From Microcoleaceae cyanobacterium (lineage in GTDB: Bacteria > Cyanobacteriota > Cyanobacteriia > Cyanobacteriales > Microcoleaceae): DNA of 64,000 nt. A program made the translations under genes and the position numbers. This document shows, one piece after another, positions 44,293 to 54,200 of the stretch. A model generated the notes under the pieces. The model saw only the letters and a program-made list of their open reading frames with translations, had not been told where the DNA came from and made no database searches. Location of the stretch: assembly GCA_051652765.1 (NCBI GenBank), contig JBOFUV010000052.1, forward strand, positions 32,001 to 96,000, in the 5' to 3' direction. How positions within the stretch are numbered: position 1 is the stretch's first letter; each line of letters starts with the position of its first letter.

Positions 44293-44384
44293 TGCTGTAC
44301 TGATGAGTTTGGGTGGTTTTGGCGATCGCCGGACAGCATTATTAAACGGCTTAGAATGGCTGATGCTAGTCATCTTCAACCTGA

Positions 44385-44753
44385 CTACGTCTGTGATTCC
44401 TTCATCTTGGATAGCAACCAATTAGCAGCAGTCGCTCGTCGGGCTTGAGTCGGAGAAAACTCCCCAATTTTATAGCCCTGAAACCCTAGCTCTTCCTTCA
44501 GCAGTTGTTTATGTTCCTGCGGAATTGAACGAGTCAACTTGACGGTTGCTGGGCGACTGTTGATGAAGTCTGGAGGTTCCGGATAGTCTTCGCGCCAATC
44601 CGACTCAACGGTTGTGATCTCCCAAGCTTGAATTTGAGGGTTGTAACAATATCCCAGATAGTTCCAGACTAGTTGATTCACCGTAGTATCGTCTAATTTT
44701 CCGTTGAGGATGTCCCAGATTGTCTCTGTTGTCAAAGGAGGCCGTTCAGTCAT
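44385..44753 (-). CDS. DUF1823-like cyanobacterial protein
   Basis: LVWNYLGY, YPEPPDFI.SRPATVKLTRSIP, KQLLKEELGF.GYKI, RRATAANWLL. Confidence 0.8.
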   Translation of the reverse strand: MTERPPLTTETIWDILNGKLDDTTVNQLVWNYLGYCYNPQIQAWEITTVESDWREDYPEPPDFINSRPATVKLTRSIPQEHKQLLKEELGFQGYKIGEFSPTQARRATAANWLLSKMKESQT

Positions 44754-44803
44754 GATTTTAGAGCATCAAACTTTGGGTAATGTAGGGATCTGTAGAAACA
44801 TTC

Positions 44804-44948
44804 GGCGTTGCTAAATGGCGGGACGAATTCGCCCCCCAGCCCCCAATTCTGGGGGAGCCGGATTTCTCAAAGTCCCCCAACCTTGGGGGATTTAGGGGGC
44901 AAGGAAACTTACAACTCAGACAGATTCATGCCACAGTTCAGCAACGCC
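44804..44948. mobile_element. 145-bp MITE with 8-bp target-site duplication
   Basis: TIRs GGCGTTGCT / AGCAACGCC (19/25 match extended); AAACATTC at both 44796-44803 and 44949-44956. Confidence 0.85.
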
Positions 44949-44987
44949 AAACATTCAATCGAACGTTTCTACAGATTTTCACTGACG

Positions 44988-46061
<1,074 letters not shown>

Positions 46062-46334
46062 TCACTGAAAGTTTCATGCTAGAGATGAAACTCAGAAAAT
46101 GCGAAACTAGGCAAGACTCTAACATGATTGGTTAGGGTGCGTAATGTTCTTCTTAATCTTTTAACTCTCCTTGGGGGCAGTCCAATGCTGTGCTGTGAAC
46201 GACAGTTGTGAACGACAGTATTGAGAAGAGATAGGACATTTCTTTGGGCCTGCTGATACCCACTCTAATACCCAGTTAAAAAAAATACCCAGTTAAAAAA
46301 TCCAAAAATGGGACAATCTATCAGTTTTTACATT

Positions 46335-46512
46335 GATCCCCCTCAGTCAGGCCGTACACACAAGTCAAGTTTGCTATCGTTCAAGGCTTCTCTATCCCAC
46401 AACATCTCCCCAACTCCTAATTCTAGGGGTTTTGAATAGGGGTTTTGAATAGAGGTTTTGAAAATGAGGTAAGCAGGAGGCCCCTGTACACGGTAGCTTA
46501 ATTAGGGAGATG
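46335..46512. repeat. Composite cyanobacterial dispersed repeat with internal 13-mer tandem
   Basis: GCCGTACACACAAGTC (46351) and TGTACACGGTAGC (46485) ends; TAGGGGTTTTGAA x3 at 46424-46462. Confidence 0.55.
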
Positions 46513-46597
46513 CTGGAAGAAAGGGAATTTCGATCTGTAGTAAGTCAGTGGTAAGTTAAGTAATGAGTAGAGAAATTGGGATGCAGACTCACGAATT

Positions 46598-47500
46598 TCA
46601 CGATGCTTTTGGGTGAGAATAGTTGTTTTTTTTCAACGCATCTAGAAAGGCATAAATTGCTGGAGAATGTAGGGATTGCTTTAAAATAGCCACACCAATC
46701 ACTCGTTCTAAATAGGATGGCAGGCTACAAATTTTGATTTGAGGAGGAACAGGCTCTGCTGCCAAGCGTGGCAAGATGCCAATTCCCAATCCCTGCATCA
46801 CCATGCTCACAATTGTAGAATCTTCACGCACCTGATAGGCAATATTCACCGAATTATTGAGCTGTTTTAGATAGTTGTAAATAATCTGAGAACAGCAACT
46901 AACATTGGTCATCACCAACGGAAAAGAGGCGAGTTGTTCCCAACTCAACTGGGAACTTTCAATAACATGATTGGGTGGCAGCAACACAATATAGTCATCT
47001 CGTAAAAACTCCCAAGTTTCAAATTCTTCACTGGTAGGTAGATAAGTGAAACAGATATCTGCTCGGCCTTCCCGCACACATTGCTCCATTTCTGATGTGC
47101 CATCCATTTCCATCAAAGTAATCGAAATTTCTGGAAATTGTTGGCAAAATTGGGCAATAACGGTGGGTAAAATATGGGTTGCAACACTCCGAAATGAAAC
47201 AACTCTGACCGTGCCTCCATGTAACCCTTTTTCGCGATTGGCTTCAGTTGTAATTTGTTCTAGTAAGGTCTGAACTTGCAGGGCTTTGGCAACAATCCGC
47301 TCTCCCACCGACGTGAGATGAGCCCCATAACGTCCCCGCTGAAACAGAGAAATACCCAGTTCTTCCTCTAGGGTGGCGATCGCGTGACTGACAGTAGATT
47401 GAGACAGGTTCAAGTGAAAGGCGGCCTCACTAAAGTTGCCAGAGTCTGCCACAGCCAGTAGAGCCCGCAATTGAGAGAGTTTTAAGCGTTGAGGAACCAT
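46598..47500 (-). CDS. LysR-family transcriptional regulator
   Basis: QLRALLAVADSGNFSEAAFHLNLSQSTVSHAIATLEEELG HTH; GGAGG RBS fits ATG at 47500. Confidence 0.95.
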   Translation of the reverse strand: MVPQRLKLSQLRALLAVADSGNFSEAAFHLNLSQSTVSHAIATLEEELGISLFQRGRYGAHLTSVGERIVAKALQVQTLLEQITTEANREKGLHGGTVRVVSFRSVATHILPTVIAQFCQQFPEISITLMEMDGTSEMEQCVREGRADICFTYLPTSEEFETWEFLRDDYIVLLPPNHVIESSQLSWEQLASFPLVMTNVSCCSQIIYNYLKQLNNSVNIAYQVREDSTIVSMVMQGLGIGILPRLAAEPVPPQIKICSLPSYLERVIGVAILKQSLHSPAIYAFLDALKKNNYSHPKAS

Positions 47501-47532
47501 GAAATGCAAAGCCCTCCAGATCGGATAAATTC

Positions 47533-47568
47533 CTATCTATCGATTTTATCGATAAATTCAATAGATAG
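47533..47568. promoter_or_regulatory. Putative LysR operator (T-N11-A dyad)
   Basis: ATCGAT-TTT-ATCGAT (47539-47553) inside a CTATCTAT/ATAGATAG inverted repeat between divergent genes. Confidence 0.55.
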
Positions 47569-47643
47569 AATCTTTTGATTGAATATTGAATCAGGGATAG
47601 ATTGAGGGAGTCACTGAAATTGCTAGGGCTCTAGAGAGCGCTA

Positions 47644-47946
47644 ATGACTCATTTGAGGGCAGCATCAATGGTTAATTTTACCTCGGATTCAGACCGTGAA
47701 CATCTGGAGAGGCTTTACTTAGGTGAAGGTTATTCGACTGCACTTAACAATACCCAGTCTCAGTTCAAAACATTATGCAATCGGTTCTGTATGTGGTTAA
47801 CAGCAACAAATCGATTGAGAGTCTGGCCTTCCACTGATTCAAATGGAATGCCACTCTGGAATGCCTATGACCCAATTACTGGAGACTCCATCTCTGATTT
47901 ATCGGAGTCAGAGATGCGAGCTTGGCTAGAACAACGCATTAGATAA
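47644..47946 (+). CDS. Small hypothetical protein divergent from LysR
   Basis: LRVW..D..G..WNAYDP.TG.S..SE.EMRAWLEQR pattern; alternative start 47668. Confidence 0.75.
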   Translation: MTHLRAASMVNFTSDSDREHLERLYLGEGYSTALNNTQSQFKTLCNRFCMWLTATNRLRVWPSTDSNGMPLWNAYDPITGDSISDLSESEMRAWLEQRIR

Positions 47947-48092
47947 AGCCAAGGAATCCTGCTAGGAGAGCATCAGCCTAGTGGCTTGTCTAGGTGAACT
48001 TTGTCTAAATAGACTTTGCCTAATTGAACTTTGCCCACACACTTTGTAGATTAGACCAGGTAGATTAGATTAGACCAAAGTAAAACCCAACA

Positions 48093-48122
48093 AGCCTTTG
48101 AGATCAAACCGTCTCAAAGGCT
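48093..48122. terminator. Hairpin between convergent genes
   Basis: AGCCTTTGAGA / TCTCAAAGGCT. Confidence 0.55.
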
Positions 48123-48167
48123 CAACATCAATCAACGCAAACTATACCAAGTTTGGCCAACCACAGT

Positions 48168-50144
48168 TTAAACAGAAGCTACAGAGAGTTGCTCAGGGAA
48201 GGTGGCTTGATTTGCATCTTGTTTTTCAGTTCGCAACTCTTTCTGAATAGAAATTGCCTTACCAAGAGACGAAATCGCCTCTTGATAGTTTTTGAGTTTA
48301 GACAATAGGGCTCCCCGATACCGCCAAGCTTCAACATGATCAGGTTTGAGGGCGATCGCAGTGTCGTAGGCAGCCAAGGCATCGGACAGTTGATTCAGTT
48401 TTTCTAGGGCCTTACCCCGACAACACCAAACCTCAGGAACATCTGCCTTGATCTGGATCGCTCGATCGTAGGCTGCAATGGCTGCTTCAGGCTGTTGAGA
48501 GGCATCCAAAACTTCTGCCTTGCCTAGCCAAGCGTTATAACAGTCAGGCTGAATTTGGATGGCATTTTCATAGGAGACAATGGCTTCGGTAGAATGTCCC
48601 AACTGGGCTAAAACAGCGGCCCGATAACTCCACAACTCAGCCGAATTGGGATGAATTGCTAGAGCTTTATCATAGGATTGAACTGCTTCTGTGTATCGCT
48701 TTAACCGACAAAGGGCTACAGCCCGATTGAGCCAAGCTTCGGATTTTTGGGGATGAATAGCGATCGCCCGATCGTAAGATGTTACAGCGTCTTCGTAATG
48801 CTGAAGTTTTCCTAAAGCATTCCCACGATTATGCCAAGTCTCATACTTATTCGGTTGAATTGCTAGGGCTTTATCGTAGGATTCTATGGCTTCAGCATAA
48901 CGCTTGAATCGTCTCAATAGGACTCCCCGATTATGCCAAGCTTCGTCATCATTCGGTTGAATCGCTAACGCCCGATCATAGGATTCTAATGCTTCAGGAT
49001 AGCGTTGTAATTTTACTAAAACATTGCCGCGATTATACCAGGCTTCTGACTTGTTCGGATTGAGTTTAAGGGTTCTATTGTAAGCTTTGAGGGCTTCAAC
49101 ATAGGACTGTAATCGGACAAGGGCGTTCCCTTGCCCATACCAAGCCAAATCGATTTGAGAATTGAGTTGAACTGCTTGTTTGAAGGCAGAAACTGCTTCA
49201 GAATACTGTTTTTCATTCATAAATGCCTCGCCCTGCTTCAGATAATCGTCCGCAATAAAAGAGGGCTGTGGATGCACTGAAAATCCGTTCTCTAACGTCT
49301 TGACAAATCCTGCGTCCGAACAATCTAATGTCTGTTTTCCGTTGAGTGAAGGTGACTTTAGTTGAGCAGAATAACCGTGAGTAGAAGAACTATCAGAATG
49401 AACCGATGATAAAGATGAGCCGTTCTGTTGAGAGCTATGATTACTTGTCTCTAAACGAGCTAAATTCTCGATTTCTTGAACTGCTTTTTCTTTGGAGGCT
49501 TGGACATCTTGAAGAATCGTTTGGAGTCGATGAATAAATTGATCTTGTAAGTCTTTGATTTCATCAATAGAAGTTCTAGAGGCTTCGGCTTCTTGCTTAA
49601 GAAAATCAATGGATTGTTGAGCCGCTTTCACCTGCAGTTCTAGCTGTTGAACCAATCGCTTTGATCGTTGATTAGAGGTTCTCAAATGTTTTTCTAATTC
49701 TTCAACTTTATCCAATTGTTTGCTGGCTTCAACAACAAGTTCTTTGATCACCGATCGTCGAATCAACCAAAAGAAGGTCATGGTTAGCATCGGCAACAAG
49801 GTTGCGATCACAAGGAGACTGTTTAACAGGGCAACGGTAGGATTAAACTCGGAATCTGTAGCTTCAGTTAGATTGAACTGGGCGACCTGAGCTGAATCTG
49901 TAATCGCTGAATCTACAGTCTCTGAACTTGTAATTCCTACAGTAAATCCTTGGCTTAAAATCTGTTCAGGGGGACTTACAACGGAATTGAGCAGGGGAGC
50001 GGCTGCTTGGTGTTGTTTTTCCCTGGGTTCTTCAAACATAACATCGGATTGGTCAATTTCAGCAACAATCGGCTGAGCGTTGCTAGGATGCTCCTGGGCT
50101 GCAATGGCAGCTAAGGTCAAAAGCGTTACTGTAGAAAGGTTCAT
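48168..50144 (-). CDS. Membrane-anchored coiled-coil + TPR repeat protein
   Basis: Signal-like N-terminus, TM, coiled coil, about 10 AW.NRG..L..L.RY.EA..SYD.AL.I.P repeats. Confidence 0.9.
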   Translation of the reverse strand: MNLSTVTLLTLAAIAAQEHPSNAQPIVAEIDQSDVMFEEPREKQHQAAAPLLNSVVSPPEQILSQGFTVGITSSETVDSAITDSAQVAQFNLTEATDSEFNPTVALLNSLLVIATLLPMLTMTFFWLIRRSVIKELVVEASKQLDKVEELEKHLRTSNQRSKRLVQQLELQVKAAQQSIDFLKQEAEASRTSIDEIKDLQDQFIHRLQTILQDVQASKEKAVQEIENLARLETSNHSSQQNGSSLSSVHSDSSSTHGYSAQLKSPSLNGKQTLDCSDAGFVKTLENGFSVHPQPSFIADDYLKQGEAFMNEKQYSEAVSAFKQAVQLNSQIDLAWYGQGNALVRLQSYVEALKAYNRTLKLNPNKSEAWYNRGNVLVKLQRYPEALESYDRALAIQPNDDEAWHNRGVLLRRFKRYAEAIESYDKALAIQPNKYETWHNRGNALGKLQHYEDAVTSYDRAIAIHPQKSEAWLNRAVALCRLKRYTEAVQSYDKALAIHPNSAELWSYRAAVLAQLGHSTEAIVSYENAIQIQPDCYNAWLGKAEVLDASQQPEAAIAAYDRAIQIKADVPEVWCCRGKALEKLNQLSDALAAYDTAIALKPDHVEAWRYRGALLSKLKNYQEAISSLGKAISIQKELRTEKQDANQATFPEQLSVASV

Positions 50145-51237
50145 AGACTGTTTGAATAATTTGCTCTGAATAGGGTAATGAAGTGTGAGATTTTATTCAT
50201 CTTTACAAGGTTGAGCTATCTGATCAGGATTCCTCAAAACAATAAAAATAAAGAACAAACAGTAAACGGTCAGACGTAGCTGAGCAGCATTAAACTCTCG
50301 GAATATAATCAGCCATATATTTTTCTGCATAAATGGCTCTGCATTGCATAATTTGCTAATTTTGTCAAGTAAAAGCATGACACTTTATCAACTTCCATAG
50401 AAAAAAACTGAGCAGAGGTCAGGAAGAAGCTATACCTGTAAGTAATATCACCGAAGTAAACGAAAAATAGCAACGCGCAGCGTACTAGTAGAGTGTGTGA
50501 GTCGCGTGCAGGCATACAGCTTTTTCAGACCCAATAACTCGTGTAGATGTGTCTTTTTGAGTAATCGTAATCTAGTTTGAAGTGTAAACAATGAGTGGGT
50601 ATCTAGCTCGTACAAGTCTTTGGCTTGAATTGTAGGTGTTTTATCAATCGTTGCTAGTTGCTACGTGGGGGTTTAGGCCATCTAAGCACTCTGAGTTTGT
50701 CTAGCGGATAAGCTTTCCAAACTTTCGCTGATTTCTCAAGGTTTTCAGTTGGAAGATGATGTTGCAGAGCAGCATTCAAGAAAGACATTGAATCCAGATT
50801 GAAGCCTCAGTCAACCCATGAGACTGAAAGTAAAAGTAAGTACTTTTCGTTAGATTTTCCAGCTTGAATTGGTTTTCATACTAAAGCTCGAGTGACGATT
50901 TTATCTAAACCCGCTTGGAGATTTAGATAAATGCTTTTCTTTGCAAGACTACTTTGAACTTACGCCAGAAGTCTCTTTCTAAAAACACTTCTGGCTTTGT
51001 CATCGCTCTAATTAAGCCACATATTTCTTATGTTTTAAGCCTCAATAAATTTTCTTCCAGACCAAGGATGAAATTTTCAAGCCTGGTTTGGGTATGCTAA
51101 GCAGAGTTTGTAACTAGACTTGGCTTAAAGCAAGTTACTAGAAAGTGCGAGTTCTCTTACAGCTTTCTTAAAACCCTGTGAAGTATTGAGGTGCGCTACC
51201 AGTCTAATTTTGGCATTTGTAGGTATTTTCTAAAGCT

Positions 51238-54200
51238 ATGTTTACAACTTGTGATCTTCTGGGTTTTGCTAGTAATGTTTCCGGAAAGTCTAACTTTGAC
51301 CAGGGTGACATTCAGATTGACTCTCGAACCAATGGAGCAACAGTCGTTATTCTCGATCCGGGCGTAGCAGACTTCTCTAGCTTGATCGAGGGCATTACTT
51401 CAGGCGTTGAAGTATTTGTTCTAGGAACAATGCAGGATGGTGTTCGACAAATCACTGATATCCTCCGTAAATTCACGCAGGTCTCTGTTCTACACCTCAT
51501 TTCCCACGGAGCTCCCGGTTGCCTGAACCTAGGCAATAGCGTCCTCAGCCTCAATACTCTCTGTGACTACAAGGCTGAACTGCAAGCTTGGTCGGTGTCA
51601 GAATTGTTGATTTACGGCTGTAACGTTGCAGCGGGAGATGCCGGAACTGAATTCATCGAAAAACTTCACCAACTCACCGGAGCTGAAATTGCTGCGTCTG
51701 CTAGTTTAACAGGCTGCGCTGCCCTGGGTGGGGATTGGAACCTCAACGTCAAAACTGGCAACGTTCAGGCTCTGCTTGTAGTAGACCCTAAAGTTAGGAA
51801 TGCTTACAATCACGTTCTTGCTACTTTCAATTTCAATGATTTTGACTGGCCCAGTGGTGATCGGACTTTCTCACAGGCCAATGTCGGAGGTACAGGTGTT
51901 GATTTTGACTTTGCTGCAATCGACCCTAATCAACCACCAACCATTCTTCTACCCAACCCTGATGTTCCAGACCCAGAAAACCCTGGCGTAAATCTTGATA
52001 TTGGGGATCAAAGCCTATTCACAGGAGGAATCGCCAATAACCAAGAGAGCTTGTTTATCAGCATCAATCCAAGGAGCAGAGGTCAAGGGATCACAGTTAC
52101 AGTTGACTTCAGCGAGCCTCTGTTTGGGGTCAATTTTTTCCTGATTGATATCGATGATTCATCTAACTGGCAAGACCAGATTATTGTTGGGGGTGATAAC
52201 AATGGTTTGCTGATTAAGCCAACAGTAACTAGCGGGGACACAACAGGGAATCCATCGCTGACAATTGACAACAGTGCTGCTAGTACAGTAAGTATCCTTG
52301 GCCAAGGAAATATTAATTCTCCTGCAGATTCTAATCAAGGTACAGCCCTAGTTGAGTTTAATGCTCCAATTACTCAAGTTATCATTACCTTCCAAGACGG
52401 CCCCGGTGCTGTTAACAATCCAGGTGATCACGGGATTGGCCTGTTCGGGGTGATTAACTTTACGAGCATTTCAATTGGTGATGTTACGGTTAATGAAGCA
52501 GATAATACAGCGACCTTTACGGTAACGTCTTCTGCTCCCGCTGGTGCAGCAGGCATCAACTTTGATTTTGCAACAACAGATGGAACAGCGATCGCTCCAG
52601 AAGATTACACCGCTACAACAGGTGCAGGCATAATTGCGGCAGGATCAACAACCACAACGATTACGGTTCCTATCACTAATGATGTGTTAAGTGAGCCCAA
52701 TGAAACACTCAATGTCATCTTATCGAATGTTGTAGGCGCTGCGGTAGCTGATGGTAATGGCGTGGCGACAATTCTAGGTGGGTTCCCCATATCAGGTACC
52801 TTGTTTGAGGATACCGATAGCGGAGATGACCGTGACCCGGCGGAACCTGTTTTGCCCATTGGTATCACTGTTAACCTACTGCAAAATGGCAATGTAGTTG
52901 CCACAGTAGAGACCGATGCTAGCGGCAACTACACCTTTCCTGAGATTCCTAACGGTAGCTATACTGTCCAAGTTGATACGGCTGACCCACAAGTTCCTGC
53001 AGGATTTATACTGGGCACGCCTAATGATATCCCAGTAACTGTTAATAGTGCAGGTGCTGGAGATATTAACTTCGGGTTTGATCCAGCTCCCAACCAACCT
53101 CCAGATGCAATTAATGATGGCCCCCTGAATGTTACTCAGGATATTAGTCTACCGATTCCTTCAGCTCAGTTGTTAGGGAATGACACTGACCCAGAGGGAA
53201 ATCCACTTACGATTACCAGTGTCCAATCTGCTCAAAACGGAACGGTTACTCTTGACCCGATCACCGGCAATATTACCTTTGCCCCAGCTCCTGGGTACAA
53301 TGGCCCTGCCAGCTTCACCTATACCATTAGTGATGGCAACGGTGGGACTGATATTGCCACAGTTAGTATCAACGTTAATGCCCCTGGCAACATTCCTCCT
53401 GTAGCCGTTAATGATGGCAACATCACAGCATTCGATACGCCTGTAACTTTCAGTGTTATTGGGAATGACACCGATGTTGATGGTACGGTTCAGCCTGCTA
53501 CGGTAGACCTTGACCCTGGAACTGCGGGTGTACAAAACACGTTTACGGTTCCCAATGAAGGAACTTTCACAGTTGCCGCTAATGGAGAGGTTACCTTTGC
53601 CCCAGTTCCTGGGTTTACCGGCCCCTCGACAATTCCTTACACCGTTGCGGATGATGATGGAGCCGTTTCCAACCCCGCTAATATCTCAGTCACCGTTAAT
53701 CCGGCCAATGTTCCTCCTGTAGCCGTAGATTTCCCGATTAACATTCCTTCTGGGATTACTGACCCTACTGGCCTAAATGGCCCAAGGTTGTTACGCGGGG
53801 TTGATCCTAACGGAACTATTGAGAATGTTACAGTTGAGACTTTGCCTGATCCTGCTGATGGAGTGTTGTTGTTCCAGGGAAATCCTGTTAACGAAGGCCA
53901 AACCTTTAACCTAAATGAGGTGGGACTAATTGAGTTCCAGACTTCCCCTGAGTTCAATGGAGGAGTCTTTACCTACCTGGTTACTGATAATCAGGGTGCC
54001 AACTCTACTCCCGCAACCGTAACGTTAAACGCGGCTCCGACTGTTCAAAACGAAAGTGTTGACACTCCGTCTAATACGCCAACTACCCTGGATCTTACAG
54101 ATAACGTTAACGATCCCGATGGCACCGTTAACTTTGGAACCATTGACCTTGATCCAACAACTCCTGCAGTAGATAGCACCCGAGAGGTTCCAGGGGGGCG

